In this document: positions 53,017-64,000 of the stretch, piece by piece
Layout: the number at the start of each line of letters is the position of its first letter
Numbering within the stretch: the first letter of the stretch is position 1
Assembly (NCBI GenBank): GCA_021613535.1
Contig: CP075496.1
Coordinates: forward strand, 3,348,001-3,412,000
Origin: Adineta vaga
Lineage: Eukaryota; Animalia; Rotifera
Direction of reading: 5' to 3'
Length of the DNA stretch: 64,000 nucleotides
Notes under the pieces: generated by a model
What the model was told of the DNA's origin: nothing
The model's database searches: none
Seen by the model: the letters and a program-made list of their open reading frames with translations, nothing else
Position numbers and translations under genes: made by a program

Positions 53017-53918
53017 ATGGACAAAAACAATGTTGATTCTGCTGATAATATGGTATGTTCTCACGATTTTTATATGCTCATTTATTTTCTATCATAATAT
53101 TACAATATAAAATATAAATAAGCAACATTTTTATCGACTAGTAAAATATTTAAAATATGGTTTGTTTGATTTACTAAAACTTATTTTATATGACAGCATT
53201 TTTATTCATTCATCAAGTTTTATTTAAGAAAAAAACCAAGGGCTTTTATATTTTCTCTCTTTTTTCTAGGAATGGGTATCAGAATTGATCAATGAAATCC
53301 GTAACTCATGTCATGAAGAAATGGAACAATTCCGAATAGGAGTTAAACAAATAAGAAATGAACTAAAAGAATGTCATGAAGGAATAGATGCTGCAAACAA
53401 AGTTTTGAAATCATGCAATGAATCACAAGTAAAAGCGTTGGCACGATTAGAGTCAGTCGACAATGAAATGGAATCATGCAAGACTCAAATGGATTTATTG
53501 AACACCCAAATGGATTCGTGTAAGGCTGAAATGGATTCGTGTAAGGCTGAAATGGATTCATGTAAGGCTGAAATGCGATCTTGTAAGACTGGTATAGATG
53601 AACACAATGCAATTATCGAAGAACAAAAAAAGAAAAGACAAGTTCTTTCACAAGAAATGGCTGCAGTTGACAAAAGAATAGAAGAAACAAAGCGAAAGCG
53701 TGAACAAGTTGATCAATATTGGAAGGATGTGATTAAGAAAGAAACTGAAAAACGAAGTCAAATCAATCAAAAGCAATGGTAAGTTTTTGTTTTGTTTATA
53801 TTTTGAATTTTGTATATTTTTTTTATTCTTTAGTCGCAAATCTTCGTCCAAGAAACCACCAAGAAAACGTTTAAATGAGAAGGATCGTAATGTCAAAAGT
53901 AAACGAACAAAAAAGTAA
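53017..53918 (+). CDS. Coiled-coil protein with MDSCKAE heptad repeats and a basic C-terminal tail (family member 1, intact)
   Basis: Three exons (53017-53052, 53270-53778, 53834-53918) join in frame. Confidence 0.75.
53465..53590 (+). repeat. Six 21-bp coding tandem repeats (gaaatggattcgtgtaaggct consensus)
   Basis: Direct reading; the central copies are near identical. Confidence 0.92.
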
Positions 53919-54149
53919 TCATTGTTTGAAATATATCTTTTCGTGTGTACTTTGTTTTGTTTGAATTCAAATAAAATGTTATTCTGATAACTCATGTTTA
54001 TTTATATAATAAGAGAATATTTAGTACAAGTTAAATCGTTGATATTCTAAGATCAGATGTGGTGAGAAGTATAGAAAGAGTTTTGGGATAAATAATAAAT
54101 GTTCAGCTATATGATTGGAATATTTCATGTTGCTTTTCAATAGCCAAAG

Positions 54150-55620
54150 ATACAAAAGTAATATTTCATAAATGCGGAGCAGAATGCATTGATAATGCAA
54201 TAGTTAAGGTGAAATTTGTCAAAATGATCTGATAGATAATAAAAATATAGGAGAAATGTGCAGAATGAAGTTTCATTTGAGAGTTTGGCAGAAAACTCAT
54301 AATAGCGAAGAAGATCGTCGATTATTTGTCTGATGGCTTGACGAAACGAACTGATATTTGTGTGAGTGATAAAATATATTGAAGATGTATATTTTTGTGA
54401 ACACAACTGATAAAGGCGTTTGCTAATTGTTTGCCAATATTTTTTGGAGTAAAACTAATTTTGCATAGAAGGACGAGAAGAAAATGATACTTCATACAGT
54501 GCAATCGTTTGTTGTAATTGCCAACAGGTTCTGCAAATCTGTGATTATTATCGTGAAGAAATTCGAAATTTGATTGTTTCGTATCACCGATGAAAACGAG
54601 AAAAAGCTTTGAAACTATTAAAATAAACTGTAAAAATACTTTTTGTTGATAAACACGCAGCAGTAATAACTGCTTCATCAACTGAAACAAATACCTGTCC
54701 TAATGCAATTAAACGTGAGAATGCAATATCAAGTGGTGATGCGTAGCCATATTTTGTCAAGAAATGTTAAGTCACATTCAAATGGACAAATTTCAACTTC
54801 TCCCATCTGCGTTGTTAACGAACTTTACTGAAAAAGAAAACAAAAAAAATAATTTTATCTAATGATGTTTGTTCTGTCGCACTTCTTTTAATTTAAGAAT
54901 TGTTATTTCAATATCATTAATATTTGATGATTCTTAAGCAAGTGCAACAGTTATTTTTAATTCATCAATATTTAATAGTTTTACTTGAAGAACAACATGA
55001 TCAAGTGATTGTTGTACAAATGCTGATTTTTATATTGAGACAATGAATGAAATAAATATAACTTACCAAGACGATAACATATGTCATGTGTAGCATGATC
55101 AAAACAGATTGTTTTGTAGAACCACAGTAGACACAAGAAATTTGTTCGAAATTGATCAGCGACAGACATTTTTCGAAATCACAGCTTAGCATTATTTTTA
55201 GTGAAAACAGAAAAGATTGGCATCATAACAATGTGAAGTCATCAATTGGTATAAACTAAAAGAAAGAATTCAGTAATATTTATGTAAAGATCATCTCTGC
55301 CGACACAAATCGGTATTAAACTATCGTATTGTGAAGTACTCTTAGTTTTATATCACAATCATCAATAGAAGAAATACAAGCTATGAAGCAGTGCTTTCTA
55401 ATAACAAAACTTTTGCTTCGATGCAAAAGTGAAAATTAAATGAGGAAAAATGAATATCTTAAATGAAAAGTTCGATTTAATAGAAAGAAGGACGATGCGA
55501 GGTTGCTAGTCAATGCTGTTCTATCATCAGTCATTTCTTTTTCTTCTTCACATACATATTGAGTCATCAATGCCACAAAATAATGTTGTTTATTTGAATG
55601 ACGAAGTAAGAAAACATTGT
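54150..55620 (-). pseudogene. Decayed TDRD9/spindle-E DExH helicase fragment (Helicase-C end and HA2 region)
   Basis: ICYRL | QQSLDHVVLQVKLLNIDE..DIEITILKLKE | PFECDLTFLDKI / PLDIAFSRLIALGQVF.SVDEAVITAACLSTKSIF, colinear with recalled TDRD9 motifs. Stop at 54934-54936, frameshift near 54750. Outer limits uncertain. Confidence 0.78.
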
Positions 55621-56194
55621 TCTTCATAAATCATTTGCGTTTTGTTATAATCATTGGTTACATTGATCAACAATGTGCCCGAAATATCTGACAAAACACA
55701 ATTTTTATATGAATTAGTAGAATTGAACAATGAAAATACTCACGAGGAAAGAATCGTAGAAAATAGTTCTCTTAATACAGCTGTTTTTCCTGAATACAAT
55801 TTAATGTTTGAGTACTAATACATTGTGTTTATAACTTTTCTTGGTCAACATGTATAAGTTGTTCGAAGTATTAGATGTATCTTTTGGATCAATTGGTATT
55901 CATTTGAAACAACACAGCAATCATGATGCGAGTACACGATCTTCGAGAATACTTTCATTTTCCAACAAAAGTATTGGCGACCTTTTCATTTGTCGATCAG
56001 AATGAAAAAAGCAAGGATGTTTCCAGCGAGTCCTAGCATTAAGCCTTATTGCGTTACGTTTCGTCCAACTGTGATCTATTTGTTTAAAATAAAATGATTG
56101 TTTTGCAACAGTTACGAGTGGTTCTTTATCTAAAATAAAACACATAAAATAATAGATTAGGTGTTCAAGTTAAACAATTTTTCTTTTTTTGTAG

Positions 56195-56640
56195 GCCTAA
56201 GGACGAGAATGACTGAATAAAGTACGTGAGTCACTTTGTAAAGGTATGAAGAAATTTTACCAACGGATTAATGAACTACGAAGTGGAGTAAATGAATGTC
56301 TAGATGTGATTAAAAGAGCAAACGAAATAATAAAGTCGTCGGATCAACGTAAAGTAGCTTCTTTAAAAGAATTGGATTCAGTCCACGGCCAAATAGAAAT
56401 TAATAATGCTAAACGGGAAGCTTGGAAGGTGGAAATGGTTGCGTCCATAGCTGAACGGAAAGCCTATGATCAAGGAATAGCGCGATATAGAGCTATAATT
56501 AAAGCCAAAAAATTGAAACAGAAAGCTAAATTAATTAAGAAAAAAGGGGCGAATAAAAGGAAAAGATCAAAGTAACCGAACTAAAACGTGCACAAGTGGA
56601 CCCATATTGGAAAGACTTGATCGCGAAAGAAATAAATGAA
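56195..56640 (+). pseudogene. Degenerate paralog of the 53017 coiled-coil gene (member 2)
   Basis: GMKKFYQRINELRSGVNECLDVIKRANEIIKS aligns with member 1; KRAQVDPYWKDLIAKE in a shifted frame; upstream in-frame TGA. Confidence 0.75.
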
Positions 56641-58519
56641 AACTCTTTAAAAAAAACTTTATTTTCCAATTAGTTTATGTACATTTTTCGTTGAAACTTT
56701 CTATAAATAAGTGAGTGAATGAATTCCTTTGGTTCGAGTTGATCGTTAGCCAAAGAATCTGTCGATGAATAATTTTCTCGTGAAGTGATCGAATTGTATA
56801 TCTTATCGTATTTGTTTGGTCGATCATTTCGTTCTCTATCTATCGTATAAGTCTTTTCTTTCTCTTCTTACGTTACTGTTTTATCCGTACACAAACTAGG
56901 CGAGGTATACAAACAGTATGTACACATGTTGATCATTTCTGTATTTTTCTTTTTCTTTTGTCAACTTAGTCAACAGCTCATGGTTGTAACTTCAACACAC
57001 AGTGGACTGAAACTAAGAACACGTTACTACATTCTCTTGTTTTATTTTTTCTATTTTTATGTATAAATACTGTTTTTTTTTAAAATAAATCAGTTGCTTT
57101 ATCTTATTTTATCTTTTCTTTACTCGTTCTCCATTATATAACAAAGGTAAGACTTTTTTTAGTTATATTCTTTTTACGAGAACAGTATTGTTGGTCAAAG
57201 ATAATTATTGATTTTTTTCTAATTGTTCATTGTTCTCTCGTATTGATTGTGTCGTGGATTGATTCAACTAACTAGTCAATATGGTGAGAAAGAATCGTAA
57301 TACGAACTGCACTAGAAATTTGTTTACGCTTGAAAATATGCTCGTATTGTTGTTTCTTACTTTTGTGAAACGAATAATCGGTTGAAATGAGGCAATGAAG
57401 TCTATCTATAGTTAAATAAAATTTGCGTTGATCTTTTTGTAAAAGCATTACTTTGAATTCATTGTACTTCCGCCAAAATTCAATACTAAAAAACAATGGT
57501 TCCATCGATAAGCAAGAACATTCTTTACCTGGATTGATAACAAATCTATGCATTGAGCATATGTTTCGTATTGTAAATATATTTGGAAAAGATATTTCGT
57601 AACATTGTTTTAAATTGGTGATTCGTAATTGTATTTTCAATAAGTAGCGCAATATCGTATGTTCATTTTTGTTTTTATTATTAATCACATTGGGTGTTGT
57701 GTATCTAGGTTTGTTGCTTATTCTTTAATATTAAAATCAAGTCAAACATACTGAACTGGAATTGTCTTTCTTTACATCAAATACATTCAACTTGATTGTG
57801 AATATATTTAAAAACAATCCGACTTTAGTTTTATAGACTGTCCTCGTTTTTATATAAAACTGTACTCATTTTTGTTCTTTTTTTGTTGATATTCCACTAT
57901 GAAGATCATTTGAAAACCAAATACAATAGTGTTGTTTGTCTTCTTAACATTGGCTTTTATCGAACAGTTAAAACTCACGCCATTGTCCAATGAAATCAAA
58001 TCATGGACAAATGTTTTTGCAAAAAATACGATACAATGTTACACCTCTATCGATAAAGCTAACGATTCAACATATTGTCATGGTTCTAAGCGTTCAAATT
58101 GTAGCAAAATTATTTGATGTTTTGTTATTCGAAAGTTGGCATCTCATGCTGTAGTGAAAATAAAATTATTTATAGAAATTCTTCTTACCGAGCTTTCTCA
58201 TCAATATCAATAGATGGAAGACTGGTATTTTTGCGTGATGTTACATTTTAATGAATTGATAATTAACAAAAATTAACAAATTAACATGATATGGATGGAC
58301 ATGATTAAATAAATTCTAAAAATCTTCTTTTAAATACATCACATAAACAATTTTTCCAAAACAAGGTTATCATTTTTAAAAGAATTACTTTTTATTTTCA
58401 AATATTATTTCCATATCATCAACATCAACTAATGTTTTTAATTGTTGTTCCATCGGATTATACGATTCACGTGATTATCATGATAAGTCCGAAATAAGTC
58501 AAATGTGATTGTTTGCTTT

Positions 58520-59830
58520 CATTGGTATCATCAAACTCTACAGCCATACATAACTACAATATGAAAGGAACATAGAAACGTTCTTAGACAAGTACATTCA
58601 CTCATACTATTTATTGATAATTCCCATCTTTACACATCTTGATAAATTCACATTTCGTGTTCGTTCAATGAACAAAAATAATTTACTTTTAGAATTAATT
58701 TATTTTATTTTATACAATCAGATTTTTCAAACGTATACGAACAACAGAATACTGTGCATTGATGAACGGAAAACAAAACCAAAAACTAACACGCGCTTAA
58801 AAAAAACATGACAAAAAAATGTATGGAATCACAAGACAACGAAGAGAAAACAAACTACATGCGATGACTGAGTTCCAGTTGATCAACAAGTTGTCGATGT
58901 TGACTTAATGATAAATAAGTAAATCTAATTGATGTATAATTCAAATCCATATCATATAAATCTCAAGTTATTTGACCTATCAAAGTAATGCTACTAAACA
59001 AAAGAGTGAAGTGAAAATCGGATAAAATTATAAGAAAAAAACTAATATTCTTGCTTTTCGTTTTACTCGAATCAATCAATACGTAATTTGAAGACGACAT
59101 TCATCATCGATTTCATCTGTACACTTAATTACATCATCATCATCGGTTGAAACATCTTCATCCATTTTTGAACTACAATCATCTGAATTGAACTAAATAT
59201 GAACAAGTCCTTTCCATTACAACAAATCATTCTATCAAAATTACTCTTACTCGATACAATTCAAATATGGCAAACTAATTATTTCGATTTGGTGGTCGTT
59301 TTGTTTCAACTAATGTATGATTTTGTGGAAGAAAAATGAACATCGATCTAACAATCAACACCAATAAATTAACCGTTGTAATTCACTACAAACTATTCGA
59401 TGAATTGATGGCACCAGATCTTTATTTTCAGCAGATTCACCACTGTGCAATGTCACATTCGTTTGTTTACGATCTTCATTGATCTACACTACGAAAGATA
59501 AAATAGTAGATGAGACTGAAAAGTATGAAATAAAAAACATACTCGAAGAAGATCTTCAGTTCATGTTTATATATCAAATCCAACATCCATATCATGATCA
59601 CGATAAAAACAAGTAGTTGTTACAGGATTGGAATATGGAACATAGACAACATCACTTTCTCTTTTACTTTCTTCATCAAATCTAAAAGAGAAAACTATTT
59701 TTAGTAAATCTATATATGACTTTCTTTATTTTCATTTCTTACCTTAGTTTAATCGTTGATGTAATTATCATTACCATAGATGTTGATGAACCACAAGATG
59801 GAGACATCGATGTTGTATATGACAAAATGA
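58520..59830 (-). pseudogene. Multi-exon unknown gene remnant, segmental duplicate copy 1
   Basis: Exon/intron pattern shared with 61870-63215; in-frame stops. Confidence 0.55.
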
Positions 59831-60290
59831 ATCAAGTTATCGTATTTATTAGTAGTTGATGAAAAATCATTTCGATGACTACCAATCATGGAGCACTACG
59901 ATCTTTTCGATAATAGTCCTAAGAAAAGAAAATATTGACATTTTATATTCGGTAATCGTTGTTGTGGTAATGAATAATTTGTAGCTAGATATTTTCGGCA
60001 AAATTCATTTGAAACTTCTTGTTCTTTGTTTTTTACTTTATCGTTGAGCAAAATAAAGTGAAGAATCATGATGTTCTTCGTGAAGATCTCGTTCATGATC
60101 TAATAATTGATCTTGAATATCAATATCAGACGTATCTAAACGAAAACATTCAACACGTTGTAATGCTGCTGATCGTCCGAATATTTGTAGAATTGTTGTG
60201 TGATTTATCATTCTAAAGTTAAAATACTAGTATAAAAGATCATTTCGAGAATATTTTTACCAAATCGGATTTGTGTTTTTTCATTGCAGA

Positions 60291-61584
60291 ATGTCCACAA
60301 CAACGAAGATTGCGACCGATATTTTAGAAAACAGCGAAGTTTTTGCTTTTGATGGGAATTCTGATGCCATCAATGAATGTTTTCGACGTCATCTTCGTAA
60401 ATTGAAGAAGTCTGGTAAAGGAAAAACCAAAAAAAACGGTGCCAACGTCGCTGCACGTCCGACAAAGTTAGCATTTGTGATTTATTTTGATAATGGAGGT
60501 ATAATAAAAGAAACATATTTAAAAATATAAATTAATTGTTTGTTACTCACTATAGTCATCGAACCGAAGAGATCAACCGCATGTCCTGCACCACCTATAG
60601 CATCGTTCAATCGTCTATCTGTGAGCGCGACGATATCGCCGTTGGTCTCAACACCACCACTGATGATTCCATCACCTTTACCAACTTTACCACCACCACC
60701 ATTTATAACAACAACAACAACAGCAATAACAACTGCTCCACCGCTTTTACCATTTGTTATTCCACCATCATCACCAGCTGTAGTACCACACTCCTCCACC
60801 AAGTCCACCGACTTCTGATCCACACAGCGACAACCGATAAAGGTCACCGCATCTGCTCAATTAGCAAGGTAATTGAGAATTTCCTGATTTTTTTCAAAGG
60901 ATGATATTAACCCTAAAAGATAAAAACAGGTTTTTTTTCAATATTTTATATATCTATTTTTCTTATAGGAACAAGAGCTTGATTGGTTAATTAAGTTGGA
61001 TAATGAGCATCGAAATGAATTACTACCACTTGATGATGAACTTAATTACTTGAATGCTGACCATCTAGAAATTCAAGAAAAAGTTCATGAAGTAGATGAA
61101 GTAATTGAAGACAGTGACAGATGCAAGATGCAGTTGGATGCAAAGACACAGCAGGTGGACAAACAAATGCAGCAGTTGGACGAACACAAGCAGCATTTGG
61201 ACGAACAATTGCAGCAGGTGGATGTAAACATGCAAGAATTACGTGATGAAAAGTTAATGATAAAGCATGATTACATTCTAGTAGATGAAAAAAAGAAAGA
61301 AGCTGAAACAGAAAAAAAAATTATTTATATCAATCCGATCAAGTCAAAAACAAAATTGTTCAGATGCGCGCAATTCGGGCTAAAGTAAATCAAAAATGGC
61401 TTGATAAAATTAATAAAGAGCTGTGCGACCGTGGAATGCTCGGTCATCGGTAAGTGTGAACTCACCCATTATATTCTAACTTCTAGTTCATCAATAAATT
61501 TCTTATTAAATCGTTCTTTGTCTTTGATTGTATTTTCAGTCGAGGTGTGCTGTCAAAGAAAACGACGATGAAACGTTTACAATA
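60291..61584 (+). CDS. Coiled-coil protein with Pro/Thr-rich linker and QQLD/QQVD heptads (member 3); frameshift in an A9 run at 61312-61320
   Basis: Four putative exons. After the shift the frame reads RAKVNQKWLDKINKE, matching member 1 REQVDQYWKDVIKKE, followed by a phase-2 intron and a basic tail exon. Confidence 0.55.
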
Positions 61585-61869
61585 AAAGTGGTGGTGCTTG
61601 AACTTGGTTTTGGCTGGTTCTTTGCTTTTTGTTTTGTACACATGGTCTTTGTTTTTTTTTGAATTACTTGTTTTCAATTTGTTTTTTCAATTTGTACATT
61701 TAATAATTCACTATTTGTTTGTCAAAATAATAAAATTTAATCTTTGTTGGAGAACGAGAACTAAACAATTTTCGTCGAAATATTTCTAATGCCAATGATG
61801 AATAGATTTCGCACACACATAATGCTGATTTTCACCAAATTTTGAAGAGTGATTCTTCCTATTGCATCG

Positions 61870-63215
61870 ATCGCATCAAAACCACAGACATATAACTACA
61901 AAAAAAAGATCATATAATACAATCATAGGGTAAAATATGAAAACATACCTTCTTTGGAACTACCAACATCACGTCTATTCATTGCTTGACATTTAGCAAT
62001 TATTCATCAAACAAAAAAAAAACTTTTCTACATTATCAATTTCTTTTATTCTATTCAAACAAAACAATTTGTCCAACCAGAACAGACAAAATAGAACATG
62101 ATACATTAATTTTAAAAAAGTGATAACAAAAAGTAACACTTATTCAAAAATGAAGCAAAAAAATGGAAAAAATCAAACGATTACAACAAAATCAACAGAA
62201 AACAAATCGTGCAAAATAAGTGAGATGAAGTTCACAAACAAGTTCTCGATGTTGACTTGAAGATAAATTAGCAAATTAATCTCATGTGAAATCAATGTCT
62301 AGGTCATCCATTTTACGAATAATATGACTCAATAAATGTTGCACTACAAACAAAAAAGTAAAATCAACATCTGTTAAGATTATTAATCAAAAGAAGACTG
62401 ACATTATTGTTTTTCCTCTCAACAAGATCAGATGATACATCACATTAAGATCTTCATTCTTGATTTCAACTGTAAGTGTATTAACATCACTATCAAGTGA
62501 AAACAATTGACTATAATCAACTGAAACATCTTCACCCATTTCTCAACCGCGCAACCATCGAAATTTAACTAAATATTAAGGAGACAAATATTTCAATAAA
62601 TCTTCTCATACAAAGTATTTCTTACTCGATTCCATTGAAATGTACCGAACTAATTATTTCGATTTAGTGGTCGTTTCATTCCAACTAATGTGTAATTTTG
62701 TGAAAGAAAAATGAACATCGATCTAACAAACAACATAAATAAATTAACCGTTGTAATTCACTACAAACTATTCGATGAACTGATGGCACCAGATCTTTAT
62801 TTCCAGAAGATTCACCACTGTACAATGTCAGATTCATCTGTTTACGATCGGCATTGAGCTACACCATCGGAAGATAAAGAAAATAGTGGATGAGAATGAA
62901 AAATATGAAGCAAAAAACATACTCTGAGAAGATCTTCATTTGATATTCGGACATCAAGTCTAATATCTGTATCATGATCGGCACAGAGAGAAGTATTTGA
63001 TATTGGATTCAAACCTAAACTACACAGAATAACAGTTTTTTTTTCATCTTCTTGGTCGAGTCTAAAGGATAACAAAAAGAAAAGAAATAAATCTTCTTGA
63101 AATTACTCTCATTGTTTCTGTCTAACCTTAATTCAATCGCTGATGCATATATCATTGCAGTCAATGATGGTGATGGACTATGAATTGAAGACATATACGT
63201 TGTGTGACGAAGTGA
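61870..63215 (-). pseudogene. Multi-exon unknown gene remnant, segmental duplicate copy 2
   Basis: 62625-62940 is highly similar to 59248-59560 (LNADRKQMNLTLYSGESSGNKDLVPSVHRIVCSELQR); stops and a frameshift downstream. Confidence 0.55.
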
Positions 63216-64000
63216 AATAGTTTATCGTGTTTGTGAAAAATAAACACTATATACCACAAGTAAACGACGATAATTTCAATGTTATTCTTCTTCTAAGCTC
63301 ACAGTATTAATAAAATCACCAATGATTTGAATACGACGGCTCTTTGTTGTATAATGATATGACGAATGATTTGCTTCTAGTAGTGAATATGGATCTATGA
63401 GAAGAAAAATAACATATCATATCAGATAAATATATTCCTTTGTTTAATTTACCGATTTATGTTACTGGTTGACCAATTTCTTTTCGCTCATAAACTTCAT
63501 ATAATCCTTTCGAGACATGAATCGGCTACCACTTGATTGTGGTCACACTCTTCACCCTTATTCACCCTGTCAGTTTTTCGATTCGTTTGAGTGTTGTCCG
63601 TAACCAAGCAGACACGCATGAATCATTAGTCTAGATATATTACTTGGATCAATAATTGATGAAAGATCTTTTAAATGACTAGCAAATCGGTGAGGATCAC
63701 AATATATTCAATAAACATGTTTCGCTATAAAGACAAAGACAAAAACAAACAGGATTGTCTAGTTTTTTTCATTCATTTTAGAATAGAAAGATCTTACTTC
63801 GAAAAACACATGATATTCGTATGCTTGTTCAGCAAAAACGTTTTGAATAAAACTTTGTCGAAGTGTCCATTTGTCTCATCTCATTGTAATGTTGATGTAT
63901 TCTAGTGGCCAATCAATTTGTGAATAATATACAACATTTGATCGAATTGACCATAATTGACAATGAAATGAAAGCGGAGATATTTTGTCTGCTGATGAGT

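Noticed and set aside
53465-53590. Regular short repeats as a possible CRISPR array
   Set aside because: Head-to-tail 21-bp units without spacers, in frame within a coding exon, in a eukaryotic context.
57272-57688. 138-aa minus-strand ORF
   Set aside because: GTG start, no recognisable motif or clear splice context; may be a decayed exon but cannot be supported.
60482-60904. Overlapping Gly-rich (-) and Thr/Asn-rich (+) ORFs as extra genes
   Set aside because: Shadow frames of the Pro/Thr-rich low-complexity exon.
30225-63215. Both local duplications have an offset near 3.35 kb
   Set aside because: No shared sequence between them and different divergence levels; treated as coincidence.
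1-64000. tRNA, rRNA, snRNA or SL RNA genes and intact transposases
   Set aside because: None recognised by eye; a covariance-model search (tRNAscan-SE, Infernal/Rfam) is needed to exclude them.

Overview
Eukaryotic, AT-rich (roughly 70%), gene-dense metazoan DNA with many short (about 50-60 nt) GT-AG introns. Composition, intron size and gene content suggest a bdelloid rotifer; this is inference, no search was run. Positions 1-51 kb hold mostly intact genes: PARP (3' part), a short DUF2439/ZGRF1-N protein, EEPD1, an intronless candidate foreign gene, a large secreted repeat + discoidin protein, PUDP/HDHD1, ZIP11, TCERG1, a catalytically altered aldolase, an arrestin-fold gene, a CABIT-like gene, PDXK, an insulin-like peptide, an ATF3/Fos bZIP, DPH1, an unknown coiled-coil gene, CNOT11 and ARIH1. 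Positions 51.4-64 kb are a zone of decayed and duplicated genes: PSMB3 and TDRD9/spindle-E pseudogenes, a three-member heptad-repeat coiled-coil family and a local segmental duplication. Best leads: (i) operon-like, possibly trans-spliced gene runs (CNOT11-orf-DPH1 with a 48-nt spacer; EEPD1-DUF2439); (ii) three adjacent DNA-repair genes; (iii) a pseudo-enzyme aldolase with a fossil C-terminal tail; (iv) a duplication carrying microhomology deletions. All family assignments come from manual splicing and translation plus recalled motifs, and exon boundaries are approximate.
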